DNA from: an archaeon | GTDB lineage: Archaea > Nanobdellota > Nanobdellia > Woesearchaeales > GW2011-AR15 | Direction of reading: 5' to 3' | DNA: 64,000 nucleotides | Assembly: GCA_018657065.1 (NCBI GenBank) | Contig: JABHXU010000016.1 | Location: forward strand, 6,333 to 70,332 | Shown here: positions 47,818 to 57,971 of the stretch, piece by piece | Position numbering within the stretch: position 1 is the first letter of the stretch | How the letters are laid out: each line of letters starts with the position of its first letter | Program-made: the position numbers and the translations under genes | The notes under the pieces: model-generated | The model's database searches: none | Told to the model about the DNA's origin: nothing | The model's input: the letters and a program-made list of their open reading frames with translations, nothing else

Positions 47818-48336
47818 TTATTTCTTTTTTCTAACAACTTTTTTCTTAGTTGGTCTTTTCTTTGCTACTTTTTTGACTGCTTTCTTTTTAACAGGCTTCT
47901 TAACAGCTTTCTTGACTGGTTTTTTCTTTACTGCTTTTTTAACTGGTCTCTTAACAGCTTTCTTAACTACTCGTTTAACTTTTCTAGCTGGCCTTTTAAC
48001 TGCTTCTTTAACTTTCTTTGCTGCCTTTTTAACTGGTTTTCTTTTAGCTACTTTTTTAACTTTCTTAACTACTTTTTTTGTTTTCTTTTTAACAGCTTTC
48101 TTTAATTTCTTTGCAGATTTCTTAACTACCTTAGCAGATTTCTTTACAGACTTGCTAATTTTTTCAAGTTCTTTTACTAATTCTGCTTTAAGTTCTTCAC
48201 CATCTTTTTTAGAAAGTTTTCTTTTTTTTACTTGTTCAGTAATTGCTCTCTTAACTTTTGGAATTTGTGTTGCGGCTGCTCCAGCTGCTGCAATGCCCAT
48301 CCCTAGTAAGAAAAATCTTTTTAAACCTCTTTTCAT
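47818..48336 (-). CDS. Membrane-anchored or secreted highly basic protein with K/A/V/P-rich histone-H1-like tandem repeats
   Basis: The N-terminus is MKRGLKRFFLLGMGIAAAGAAATQIP (a signal/anchor), followed by about 100 residues of repeats such as AVKKKTKKVVKKVKKVAKRKPVKKAAKKVKEAVKRPARKVKRVVKKAVKRPVKKAVKKKPVKK. The plus-strand ORF at 47873..48409 is the F/L/T-rich shadow of this repeat. Confidence 0.5.
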   Translation of the reverse strand: MKRGLKRFFLLGMGIAAAGAAATQIPKVKRAITEQVKKRKLSKKDGEELKAELVKELEKISKSVKKSAKVVKKSAKKLKKAVKKKTKKVVKKVKKVAKRKPVKKAAKKVKEAVKRPARKVKRVVKKAVKRPVKKAVKKKPVKKAVKKPVKKKAVKKVAKKRPTKKKVVRKKK

Positions 48337-48460
48337 CTATGCACCTCTTTTTAAAAATCTAATAAAAAAATTTGAGTCAATGTCCTATTTAAACATTTTG
48401 TTTTTATAGTAAATTATTTTTCAATTAATACGCTAATAAAAAAAATTCTATTTTGTATTA

Positions 48461-48973
48461 TTATCCAAAAACAAATAATATAATTACAAATTTTAGAGAC
48501 AATGCAAAAAAAGTTAGAACTAACCATTTTAAATATTTAAATTTTGTAAGACCAACTGTGAAATTTAAAACAGTATATGGGATTGGTGCCAAATTACCAA
48601 AAAAAATTGCATAACTTTCATATTTAAAGAGATGTTTTTCAATCCATCTTCTTGTAGATTTTTTTACATACGGATTAATTATATTCTCAAAATATCTTCC
48701 AAAAAAATAATTTATATTTTGGCCAGTAAAAACTCCCAAAAAAACTGGAATAATGAAATAAGGATTCAATCTAATTAAATCTATACATATTACATCTAAT
48801 GGTGTAGGAAGAATTGCAATTGATGCTAATGAAAAAAATAAATATAAAGATAAATAATTTGGAACTAATAAATTTGAAAAAATATAATTAGTTAAAAATA
48901 AAGAAATAAAAATAATTAGAGCAATGGCTGCAATACTTGAAAAAATTATTTTTAATTTCTTAATCATGCTCAA
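48461..48973 (-). CDS. DedA/TVP38 (SNARE-associated)-like membrane protein
   Basis: YFFGRYFENIINPYVKKSTRRWIEKHLFKYESYAIFFGNLAPIPYTVLNFTVGLTKFKY loosely matches the DedA core (G-x-x-x-G-R ... r-x-i-P ... G). Confidence 0.45.
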   Translation of the reverse strand: MSMIKKLKIIFSSIAAIALIIFISLFLTNYIFSNLLVPNYLSLYLFFSLASIAILPTPLDVICIDLIRLNPYFIIPVFLGVFTGQNINYFFGRYFENIINPYVKKSTRRWIEKHLFKYESYAIFFGNLAPIPYTVLNFTVGLTKFKYLKWLVLTFFALSLKFVIILFVFG

Positions 48974-50549
48974 GTATTACTTTCATTATTTCAGCGAATG
49001 CTGGTCTTGTAATAAATACTCCGTTGGTTACTCCAATAATTGTTGTAACTGCAAAACCTTTAAGAAGTCCTGCACCTGCAAATAATAATGGAATCATTGC
49101 TGCAATTGTTGCAAAATATGCTGCGAATACCATAAAAAATGCCTTTTTAATTCTTTGAGACCAAGTCGTATATTTTTTTTGCTTGTCTTTTTTATTATCA
49201 AGAATTTCATCAGTAATAATTATCTGATCATCTACCCCAGTACCTATTGCAATTATAATTCCTGCAATTCCTGCAATATCTAAATTTTGTTTTAATAATG
49301 CAGAAATACCTAAGATCAATATAATTTCTGAAGTAATAACTAAAATAATGGGTAACGCAACTTTTATTTTTCTATATCTTAAAAGTACAACCGCTGTTAC
49401 TGCAATTTCTGAAAGTAATCCAATAAGCAAAGCATTTCTTAAAAACTCTTTACCTAATGAAGGACTTAAAGTATCTGTTTTAATTATTTCTAATTTGACA
49501 GGTAAACTTCCTGTAATTAATACAGTTTGTAATTGCTTCATAGATTTTTGACTGTCAACAATTGCTTCTCTTCTATCTCTTCCTATTCCGCTTCCACTAA
49601 TTTGAATATCAGTTACTGGATTCCCTTTAAGTTCAGATCCAATTCTTAATGAATCAACAAGTAAGTCATCTAAATATAAATCAATATTTTTACTTAGATA
49701 TGCTTGTCCATATTCATTGTATTCAACATCTAATTCTCTAGTTGCATTTGCTTGTCTTTCCGCTGCTTCTGGACTTAATGTAATTGAAAATCTAAATCTA
49801 CATGAGTATCCATCTGCAAAAGCTTGGCAACCATATTGTGGATCAATACCTGAACAGTCTGCAGTTCTACAAACATAAGTAACATCTTGACCACCTAGAA
49901 ACACTGTTTTGTTTCCAACTTTTGCTTCAAATTTTCCCTGTTTAGCAAGTAATTCTTTAACTTCTTCTTCATTTGCTCCAGCAACTTCAACAATAATAAA
50001 CTGATTGCCTGCTAAATCATTTGCACTTCTAACAATTGTATCAGTTAAACCAAAAACATTAATTCTTTGTTTCATATTTGCTAAAAGAATATCGGTGTCT
50101 TGACTAGATAGTTTGGTTTCAGGTTGTAACACAACTCTTGTTCCACCTTGTAAATCAAGGCCCAAAATAATATTACTTTTAGGTGCGTCATAAACTGTTA
50201 ATCCTAAAGTTTCTTTGTTAATAAAATTAAGAACATAACCTTGTTTATTCTTACTTGTTTTAATAACCATTGTTGTGTTTTCTGGAAAAGTATTAATTAT
50301 GTTTTCAAAATCTATAACTGAAGTTATAGGCATATTATTAACGTCAATAATTCGTTCTCTAGCTCGAGGTGCTTCTTTAGGACTAGGACTTGCTATATCA
50401 GCAACATAAGCACTTGTGTTTTGTCTAACGGATCTTATTGTAACTCCTTTAACATATGGATTAGGATTAATAGCAATAATTGTCAAAACAAAAAAAACAA
50501 TGTATACCCAAATTTTCCAACTCCTAAATATTTTTTTTATTTTACTCAT
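48960..50549 (-). CDS. secD: Protein-export membrane protein SecD (start revised to the ATG at 50549, giving an ATGA overlap with the secF stop)
   Basis: A large periplasmic domain is followed by 6 TM helices with the motif GTGVDDQIIITDEIL. It lies downstream of the 294-aa SecF-like gene in the archaeal secF-secD order. The track start at 50597 would overlap secF by 52 nt. Confidence 0.7.
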   Translation of the reverse strand: MSKIKKIFRSWKIWVYIVFFVLTIIAINPNPYVKGVTIRSVRQNTSAYVADIASPSPKEAPRARERIIDVNNMPITSVIDFENIINTFPENTTMVIKTSKNKQGYVLNFINKETLGLTVYDAPKSNIILGLDLQGGTRVVLQPETKLSSQDTDILLANMKQRINVFGLTDTIVRSANDLAGNQFIIVEVAGANEEEVKELLAKQGKFEAKVGNKTVFLGGQDVTYVCRTADCSGIDPQYGCQAFADGYSCRFRFSITLSPEAAERQANATRELDVEYNEYGQAYLSKNIDLYLDDLLVDSLRIGSELKGNPVTDIQISGSGIGRDRREAIVDSQKSMKQLQTVLITGSLPVKLEIIKTDTLSPSLGKEFLRNALLIGLLSEIAVTAVVLLRYRKIKVALPIILVITSEIILILGISALLKQNLDIAGIAGIIIAIGTGVDDQIIITDEILDNKKDKQKKYTTWSQRIKKAFFMVFAAYFATIAAMIPLLFAGAGLLKGFAVTTIIGVTNGVFITRPAFAEIMKVILEHD

Positions 50550-51430
50550 TTTCTTCTCTCCAAATAATATCTTAGGAACGCTACATTTCCTACCCATGTT
50601 GTGATCAAATCAATTACTAATCCAATAACTAAAATAAGCATAATTTGTCTAAGTGTTGAATTGTTTGTAAGTAAAAATGACACACCCATTGCTGCAATTC
50701 CTGCTGCACTCATTGTGAATCCAGTTGTCATCGCGTTAAACAAACCTTGTTTTAAATCTCCTTTTTCTTTTAGAAGTTTAGTTGAAAGCAAAATACTTGT
50801 ATCAATTGAATACCCAATAAGCATTAAGTATGCTGCAATTCCTCCAGCGGTTAATTTTATACCCATAAGATTTGTTATTCCTACTGTAATAAAAATATCC
50901 ATAAAAGCTGAAAACAAAGCAGCTGCAGTCCCATAAATATTTTTAAAATATAATTGAAATACTATCCCCATACTAACAAATGCAATTAATAATGCTACAA
51001 ACATTTGTTTGAAAAAAGATTGGCCTAATGTTGAACCCATTGTTTCAACATTATAATTTTCTTTTGTTAACGGTATTAATTTAGTTATTTCTGCTAACAA
51101 ATCATTTTGAGAAATATCAGATGCTTCAATTATTATTCCAGTAATAACTCCAGAAGATTCAACTGTTCTTAAATTAATTGAAGAAGTTGGGAAAGCTAAA
51201 TTAAGAGTATTTTCTAAATTATTAATATCTGAATAACCAGTTTCTATTGTAATAGAGATTCCACCTTTAAGTGAAACATCTCGATTAATAAAATCTCCAG
51301 TTGTTCTAGCAGTATTAAAAATAACTAGTGCTGAAAGTAAAAACAAGATAACTGGAATCCAAAATAATTTCTTGTATTCTTTGTAATAATACTCTTTAAG
51401 ATTGTCTAAAAAACCCCTCGTCTTCTTCAT
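50546..51430 (-). CDS. secF: Protein-export membrane protein SecF
   Basis: 294 aa with 6 TM helices. GYSIDTSILLSTKLLKEKGD matches the SecF conserved region (GYS-x-D ... r-e). Confidence 0.7.
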   Translation of the reverse strand: MKKTRGFLDNLKEYYYKEYKKLFWIPVILFLLSALVIFNTARTTGDFINRDVSLKGGISITIETGYSDINNLENTLNLAFPTSSINLRTVESSGVITGIIIEASDISQNDLLAEITKLIPLTKENYNVETMGSTLGQSFFKQMFVALLIAFVSMGIVFQLYFKNIYGTAAALFSAFMDIFITVGITNLMGIKLTAGGIAAYLMLIGYSIDTSILLSTKLLKEKGDLKQGLFNAMTTGFTMSAAGIAAMGVSFLLTNNSTLRQIMLILVIGLVIDLITTWVGNVAFLRYYLERRK

Positions 51431-51554
51431 AATATTTCGGGAACAAGTTTTGGTTTATAAATATTATCCACGAAGCGACATTTCAAATTAAAACAATAAA
51501 CTTTATAAACATTAATCTCTTCCATAGATACATTAGATTTCTTAGGGTGAAATT

Positions 51555-52193
51555 ATGGAAAATAATATTATGAAGACAGGTACAACAACCGTAGGTTTAG
51601 TTGCAAAAGATTGTATAGTGTTAGCTGCAGACAAAAGAGCTACAGCAGGACATTTTATTGCTGGTAAAAAAGTTGATAAAGTTCTACCAGTCTCAGATTC
51701 TATGGCTGTAACAACAGCGGGAAGTGTTTCTGATATTCAATTACTTGTTAAATTAATTAAAGCTGAATTAAGTTTAAGAGAATTAAGAACAGGAAGAACT
51801 AATAGTGCAAATGAAGCAGCAAATCTACTTGCTGGAATTGTATATGGAAAAATTAGAAATTACTCAGCAATTCCTGGAATTGTACATTTCTTATTTGCAG
51901 GTTTTGATGAAGATGGACCTCACCTTTATGATATATATCCAGATGGATCTATCACTGGTGTTGATGATTTTGTAACCTCAGGAAGTGGCGGAAGTTTTGC
52001 TTTTGGTGTTTTTGATGCTCAGTATAAACCTGATTTAAAACAAGAGGATGCAGTTAAACTAGCTGTAACTGCAATAAACTCTGCATTACAAAGAGATAGT
52101 GCAAGTGGTGACGGAATTGATGTTGTCGTCATAAATAAAGACGGTGTTAAAAAAGTCTTTAGTAAAGAACTATTTATAAAAGTATCAAAATAA
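51555..52193 (+). CDS. psmB: Proteasome subunit beta (with short N-terminal propeptide)
   Basis: A short propeptide (MENNIMKTG, ending in Gly) is followed by TTTVGLVAKDCIVLAADKRATAG, which includes the active-site Thr. Confidence 0.9.
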   Translation: MENNIMKTGTTTVGLVAKDCIVLAADKRATAGHFIAGKKVDKVLPVSDSMAVTTAGSVSDIQLLVKLIKAELSLRELRTGRTNSANEAANLLAGIVYGKIRNYSAIPGIVHFLFAGFDEDGPHLYDIYPDGSITGVDDFVTSGSGGSFAFGVFDAQYKPDLKQEDAVKLAVTAINSALQRDSASGDGIDVVVINKDGVKKVFSKELFIKVSK

Positions 52194-52246
52194 TTTTTAT
52201 TATTTTATTTTAATTAAATAAACAAATCTAAAAAGGTGTATTCTCA

Positions 52247-54136
52247 ATGACTCAAATATTAAAAGAAGTTCTTAGTGAACTACCAGCAGGTAAAATTAGC
52301 GACGCTGTTTTTGAAGGCGCAAATATAGTATTATATACAAAAGATGAGAAATTTTTCAAAGAAAGCTCAGATTTAGTTAGATCTATAGTTAACAAAATTA
52401 AAAAAAGGATTGAATTAAGACCCGATCCAAGTATTACTCATGATAGAGAAATAGCTGAAAAAGAAATTCAACAACTAGTTCCCGAAGAAGCTAAAATTGA
52501 TCAAATAATTTTTGATCCTCAAAGATCAATTGTTATAATTGAAGCTGAAAAACCAGGTGTTGCTATTGGTAAACAAGGCGAAAATTTAAAAAAAATTAAA
52601 GAAAAAACTCTTTGGGTTCCTGTTGTTAAAAGAACTCCCGCTTTAAGATCACAAATTATTGAAAATATAAGAGCAACTTTATATGCAAATTCAGCTGAAA
52701 GAAGAAAATTTTTACATAAAACAGGTGAAAGAATTTATAATGGTTGGATTAGAGCTAAAAGAGACGAGTGGATTAGACTCTCATATTTAGGAAGCGGAAG
52801 ACAAGTTGGTAGAAGTTGTATTTTTTTACAAACTCCTGAGTCGAGAATTTTAATGGATGTTGGTGTTGATGTCGCTGATGTTAACAATGCATACCCACTT
52901 TTAGAAGCTCCTGAATTTAAAATTGAGGAATTAGATGCTGTTGTTATTTCACATAGTCATTTAGATCATTGTGGGTTTGTACCATATTTATTCAAATATG
53001 GATTTAAAGGACCAGTATATTGTACAAAACCAACAAGAGATGTTATGTCACTTCAATTACTTGATTATGTAAAAATTATGCGAAATAATGGTCAAGAACC
53101 TATTTTTACTAGTGAAGAAGTTAAAGAAATGGTTATGCATACAATTACTTTAAATTTTGAAGAAGTAACAGATATCACTCCTGACGTTAGATTAACATTT
53201 TACAATGCAGGTCATATTTTAGGAAGTGCTATGTGTCATCTTCATATTGGAAATGGTCTTCATAATCTACTTTATAGTGCTGATATGAAATTTGGAAAAT
53301 CTGTAATGCTTAGTCCAGCTGCTACAAGATTTCCTAGATTAGAAACTTTACTTTTAGAAGGTACTTATGGTGGAAAAGATAATATTTTGCCAAGTAAAAA
53401 TGAAGTTTATGCTTACTTAAAAGATATTATTAATGACACAATTAAAAACAAAGGAAAATGTTTAATTCCGGTTCTTGGTTCTGGAAGAGCTCAAGATTTA
53501 ATGATTATGATTGAAGAACTTGTTAGAACTAAACAAATAAAAGAAGTTGATGTATTCATTGATGGAATTGTTTGGGATATAACCGCTATTCATACCGCAT
53601 ATCCTGAATTTTTAAATAGTTCAATTAGAAAACAAATATTTCATAAAGACAATAATCCATTTTTATCTAAAATATTTAAACGAGTTGGATCTGGAAAAGA
53701 AAGAAAAGAAGTTATTGAAGAAGGCAAACCTTGTATTATTCTAGCTACCTCCGGTATGCTTATTGGTGGACCTTCTGTTGAATATCTAAGATCTCTTTCA
53801 GATAATCCAAAAAACGCATTAATCTTTAGTTCATATCAAGGTGAAGGATCACTAGGTAGAAGAATTAGAAATGGTGAACGTGAAATTATCTTTAAAAATG
53901 GTTCAAAAAAAGAAACTTGTGAAATAAAAATGCAAGTTCATAAAATTGAAATCTCGGACCATTCTGATAGAAGAGAACTAATGAATTTTGTTGGAAGACT
54001 TAATCCTCGACCTAAAAAAATCTTAATTAACCATGGTGAAAATTCAAGAGCTCTTGACTTAGCTAGTTCACTTCATAAAACTTATAGACTCGAAACTAGT
54101 GTACCTAGAAATTTAGATAGTGTTAGAATTAAATAA
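52247..54136 (+). CDS. aCPSF1/FttA-type KH-domain plus metallo-beta-lactamase plus beta-CASP ribonuclease (archaeal transcription termination factor)
   Basis: Two N-terminal KH-like segments are followed by an MBL HxHxDH motif (VISHSHLDHCG), a beta-CASP region and a C-terminal ISDHSD motif. The protein is 629 aa. Confidence 0.9.
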   Translation: MTQILKEVLSELPAGKISDAVFEGANIVLYTKDEKFFKESSDLVRSIVNKIKKRIELRPDPSITHDREIAEKEIQQLVPEEAKIDQIIFDPQRSIVIIEAEKPGVAIGKQGENLKKIKEKTLWVPVVKRTPALRSQIIENIRATLYANSAERRKFLHKTGERIYNGWIRAKRDEWIRLSYLGSGRQVGRSCIFLQTPESRILMDVGVDVADVNNAYPLLEAPEFKIEELDAVVISHSHLDHCGFVPYLFKYGFKGPVYCTKPTRDVMSLQLLDYVKIMRNNGQEPIFTSEEVKEMVMHTITLNFEEVTDITPDVRLTFYNAGHILGSAMCHLHIGNGLHNLLYSADMKFGKSVMLSPAATRFPRLETLLLEGTYGGKDNILPSKNEVYAYLKDIINDTIKNKGKCLIPVLGSGRAQDLMIMIEELVRTKQIKEVDVFIDGIVWDITAIHTAYPEFLNSSIRKQIFHKDNNPFLSKIFKRVGSGKERKEVIEEGKPCIILATSGMLIGGPSVEYLRSLSDNPKNALIFSSYQGEGSLGRRIRNGEREIIFKNGSKKETCEIKMQVHKIEISDHSDRRELMNFVGRLNPRPKKILINHGENSRALDLASSLHKTYRLETSVPRNLDSVRIK

Positions 54137-54145
54137 AAAATAAAA

Positions 54146-55426
54146 TTATTTTTTTACTTCTTTTACTTTTACCAAAAAGTAAATTCCTAAAAGTATAATT
54201 AGACCTAAAAATAAAACTGATACTCTATATTTCATTACTGGGTATTTTGATAAGACAAAAACTGTTAATCCCCAAATTAATGGACCTATAACCGACGCAA
54301 ATCTTTGAAAAACTGAATAATAACCGAAATATTCACCAAGTTTATCTTTTGGAGAAATGTTAATAAAAAGTAATCTAGATATTGTAAAAAGTCCACCTTG
54401 TGTTAAACCTATTATAAAAAAAATAATGAATAATAAAACAAGATTAGCTTTAATTAAAGAAATAACAATTAATATAATACTCAGAGAACTTGCTGTAAAA
54501 AAATAAAGCTTTTTTGGAGAATATTTCTGACACAAAAGTCCAAAAATATATGTTCCTGGAAGTAGACTAATAAAAGTTACTCCTAATACTAAAGTTTTAA
54601 GAGTATCCGAAAGCATCCAAACTTCTGAAAAATATATTGCAATATAGAGGCCAAAAGTAAGTACAGCATCTGAGATAAAATAAAATGAAATCAAAAATCT
54701 AAATACATTCTTATCATGTTTTATTATGTTCTTTAATCCTTTAAAAAAAGTAAGATATATTGATTTAACATTTAGCATATTATATTTCTTTTCTCTTTTT
54801 TTCTTTTCTTCTTTGTAAATAAATAACATTGGTAAAGATAATAATATTGACAACAATGCACCTGCAAAAAACACCTGAGATCTGCCCATCTCACCAGATA
54901 ATAATGCAAATTTTCCGTTTGCAATTGGAAGAAATAAAAAAAGTCCAATAAGTGTTCCAAAATTATTAAAAAATTCTCCAATACCTGATAGCATTCCAAT
55001 ATTATTTTTATTTGAAATATCATACAACATTGAATTAAAAAATACTAAAACTAATTGATAACAATATTGGAACAAGAAAAACATTAATAATGAAAGTGGA
55101 ATTTTCAAGTATTGCGGTAAATTAGACGGTGCTATAATTCCTAACACTATTGATGACAAACTAATAAAAATTGTAAATAAAGTAACAAAAGGTTTTCGTT
55201 GTTTAATGTTATCAGACCAAGCACCAAAAAAAGGACTAGTGATCAAAACTGCAGCTGTAGCAATAGAAAACACAAGTCCATACCAAAAGTCATGTACTCC
55301 ATTATCAATAATTATCCATTGAGAAAAATACATAGTAAAACAAATTGTCATTATTGAATTAGCTAAGTCATAAATTCCCCATGACCAAATATTTCTTTTC
55401 ACAACTTTATTATCTATTGTCATCAT
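54146..55426 (-). CDS. Major facilitator superfamily transporter
   Basis: 426 aa with 12 TM helices in a 6+6 arrangement. The central loop is KEEKKKREKKYN. Confidence 0.7.
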   Translation of the reverse strand: MMTIDNKVVKRNIWSWGIYDLANSIMTICFTMYFSQWIIIDNGVHDFWYGLVFSIATAAVLITSPFFGAWSDNIKQRKPFVTLFTIFISLSSIVLGIIAPSNLPQYLKIPLSLLMFFLFQYCYQLVLVFFNSMLYDISNKNNIGMLSGIGEFFNNFGTLIGLFLFLPIANGKFALLSGEMGRSQVFFAGALLSILLSLPMLFIYKEEKKKREKKYNMLNVKSIYLTFFKGLKNIIKHDKNVFRFLISFYFISDAVLTFGLYIAIYFSEVWMLSDTLKTLVLGVTFISLLPGTYIFGLLCQKYSPKKLYFFTASSLSIILIVISLIKANLVLLFIIFFIIGLTQGGLFTISRLLFINISPKDKLGEYFGYYSVFQRFASVIGPLIWGLTVFVLSKYPVMKYRVSVLFLGLIILLGIYFLVKVKEVKK

Positions 55427-55511
55427 AAATAGTGTTAATAAGTTATAAATAAATACTAGTCGTAATTAACATTACGACAATTTTAAATATTAGAATAGTT
55501 AATCTGTTATA

Positions 55512-56291
55512 ATGAACATAAAAATTCTTGAAGAATTAGGGTTAACTGAAAATGAAACTACAATCTATTTAACACTAATTCAAGATGGTACGTCATCTGC
55601 AAATGCAATTTCAGAAAAAACTGGAATGCACAGAAGTTATATATATGATACACTGTCAAAAATGGTCAATAAGGGTTTAGTAAGTTATGTAACAAAATCT
55701 GGTAAAAAAAATTTCAAAGGAGTAAATCCAAGTAAATTTAAAGACATAATTAGAGAAAAGGAAGAAAAAATAACCAAACTTATACCTGATTTATTAAAAA
55801 TATACAAACAAGAAAAATCCGAATACAAAATTGAAGTTCTCGAAGGAAAGGAGGGACTAAAAACTTACCTAAATGATTTATTTGACTATGTATTAATTCA
55901 AGATAATGTTGAAACACTTCAATTAGGAAGAAAAATTTCAATGGAAGATCATCTAATGAAATATTACAGAACGAACCTTGAAAAAAAAGCTAAAAAACTC
56001 GGTTTGATGAAAAAAGTAAAACAAGGAAAAATCAAATCCAGAGCTTTACTTGATCATGCTGTAAAAAATAAAAAACTCCTAATAAAAAAAATAATGCCAT
56101 ATAGATACTTACCAAAAGGTTTTGACACAGGAGGAAAAGACTTAACTATTGTTGGTAATAAAGTTGCTATTGAATCACTTGATGGCAAACCTTTTGCAAT
56201 CGTAATAACAAATCACGGTATTGCTAATTTTTATAAAAATCTTTTTGAGACTCTTTGGCAAATCTCATCAAAAGAAAAAGAAAAAAAATAA
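55512..56291 (+). CDS. TrmB-family transcriptional regulator
   Basis: ILEELGLTENETTIYLTLIQDGTSSANAISEKTGMHRSYIYDTLSKMVNKGLV matches the TrmB N-terminal wHTH almost position by position. Confidence 0.75.
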   Translation: MNIKILEELGLTENETTIYLTLIQDGTSSANAISEKTGMHRSYIYDTLSKMVNKGLVSYVTKSGKKNFKGVNPSKFKDIIREKEEKITKLIPDLLKIYKQEKSEYKIEVLEGKEGLKTYLNDLFDYVLIQDNVETLQLGRKISMEDHLMKYYRTNLEKKAKKLGLMKKVKQGKIKSRALLDHAVKNKKLLIKKIMPYRYLPKGFDTGGKDLTIVGNKVAIESLDGKPFAIVITNHGIANFYKNLFETLWQISSKEKEKK

Positions 56292-56297
56292 TCTTTT

Positions 56298-57134
56298 TTA
56301 TTCTATTATTATTTCTGCTCTACTCGATGTAAATCTTGATTTATCAGGTCTAACAATTGTGACTGCATAATAATTCACACCTGGATCTGGAGTAAGATGC
56401 AAATATTCTGTTTGATTTACATATGCAATAGTAGCTTTTGCAGAATCATCTGGATATTTAGGAAATGGATGATCTGTTGTCCAAACGACTTTATAAAATA
56501 AAAAGTCACCATTGTATTTATCCCAATTTAATTGAACACCATCTTCTGTTTTAACAACTGTTAAACTAATTTCTTGATCTGGTGTTTCTTTAAGATTAGG
56601 AAATTCTACTTTAACTGGATTACTATGTGTTTTTTCATTTAATGGACTTATTGCACTAATTACATAATAACTAATTCCTTCTTCAGGTAAAACATCTTCA
56701 TAACTTGTTTCATTAATATCTGTAATTGTTTTTCGTAAAGATTGTCCTGGATAAGTGGGATTTGCGTCTGTCACAGATCTACTAACTTTATATGATGCAA
56801 ATTCATGATCTCCTTCATATACTGTCCATGTTAATTTTACTGAAGAATCTGTTTTTTCTAAACTAAGTTGAATTGGATATTTTAATGAATCTTTCATTTG
56901 TTGATCTTCTTCATAAGTAAGTTCGTCTAAAGGTCCACCTTCTTCATAAAGTTCTTCATCAAATTCCTCTTCTACATTTTCAGAATCATTAATATCTTGA
57001 TTTTCTTCAAGTTCATCCGTAGTCAGTTCATCAAATGGATCATATTCCTCTGTTGAACATGCTGTAATAAGAATTGATAACATTAAAACAATTAGTAATG
57101 CTTTTTTCATTAAATCACCTAATAAACTCAACAT
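56298..57134 (-). CDS. Acidic secreted lipoprotein with two Fn3-like beta-sandwich repeats
   Basis: A lipobox (LITAC) is followed by an extremely acidic linker (EEYDPFDELTTDELEENQD...). Two repeats then follow: VKLTWTVYEGDHEFASYKV...GISYYVISAI and VQLNWDKYNGDFLFYKVVW...GVNYYAVTIV. Confidence 0.5.
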   Translation of the reverse strand: MLSLLGDLMKKALLIVLMLSILITACSTEEYDPFDELTTDELEENQDINDSENVEEEFDEELYEEGGPLDELTYEEDQQMKDSLKYPIQLSLEKTDSSVKLTWTVYEGDHEFASYKVSRSVTDANPTYPGQSLRKTITDINETSYEDVLPEEGISYYVISAISPLNEKTHSNPVKVEFPNLKETPDQEISLTVVKTEDGVQLNWDKYNGDFLFYKVVWTTDHPFPKYPDDSAKATIAYVNQTEYLHLTPDPGVNYYAVTIVRPDKSRFTSSRAEIIIE

Positions 57135-57227
57135 TATAGGACTATTTAATGATTTTTATTTATATTAACTACTTAATAGTACTAAAAAGAGTAAGATTTA
57201 TAAAGAGTAGCTACTTCACAGTGACAT

Positions 57228-57794
57228 ATGAGTATCAAATCCATATTTTTTTTAGCTATTGGAATGATTCTAGGTATTTTGATCTCTATAGTTGCCTTCT
57301 CAGCTCAATCAAATTCTCCAAGTGTTTCCTCAACAACATATATTGTTGCTAACGCTAATACTGTTAGAGAAGAAGCATCAGAAAATGAGCATTTTGTCAC
57401 AAAAATTTTAGGAATGACTAATGAGGAACAAGTTAGCCCATATAATTGGATAGGAGAACACGAAATTTCTGTTTTAAAAGATAAAATTGTTATTGATTTA
57501 GAAAATGCAGTCTGGTCAAAATTTACAGACACAAATAGTATGGACCCTGTAATTGACAAAGGAGCTAATGCTATTCAAATTATTCCTAAAGATATATCTG
57601 ATATTCACGTTGGAGATATTGTGTCGTATGATTCAAAATACTCTGATGGTATAATTATCCATAGAGTTATTGAAATTGGATATGATACAGAAGGTTGGTA
57701 TTGTATTATGAAGGGCGATAATAATAAAAAACAAGATCCTGGAAAAGTTCGATTTGATCAAATAAAAAGAATTACTGTTGCCATAATTTACTAA
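57228..57794 (+). CDS. Signal peptidase I (S26 family, archaeal/Sec11-like)
   Basis: After an N-terminal TM helix, SMDPVIDKGANAI carries the Ser nucleophile region (SM-x-P), IIHRVIEI the His, and KGDNNK the GDN box. Confidence 0.7.
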   Translation: MSIKSIFFLAIGMILGILISIVAFSAQSNSPSVSSTTYIVANANTVREEASENEHFVTKILGMTNEEQVSPYNWIGEHEISVLKDKIVIDLENAVWSKFTDTNSMDPVIDKGANAIQIIPKDISDIHVGDIVSYDSKYSDGIIIHRVIEIGYDTEGWYCIMKGDNNKKQDPGKVRFDQIKRITVAIIY

Positions 57795-57971
57795 AGGTGT
57801 TTTCTAATGAGGTTTTCATATTATATTCTTGGGGCTTTTATGGCATTACTTACAATATTTAGCATACTAAAATAAAATTAATAAAAGGGGGCGCGGGGAA
57901 CGGCGCATAATTATTATTTGTTACAAAATAACTCTTTATTAAAAACATTTAAAAACAAATATTCTATTCTT

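Noticed and set aside
47873-48409. 178-aa plus-strand ORF (TAFLTGFL... F/L/T-rich repeats)
   Set aside because: It is the reverse-complement shadow of the K/A/V-rich repeat gene. It has no diverse non-repeat region, whereas the minus-strand ORF has a proper N-terminal signal and non-repetitive segment.
48960-50597. Track start of SecD at 50597 (52-nt overlap with secF)
   Set aside because: An in-frame ATG at 50549 creates a classic ATGA stop/start overlap with secF, and the upstream 16 codons are not conserved-looking. The shorter start is preferred.
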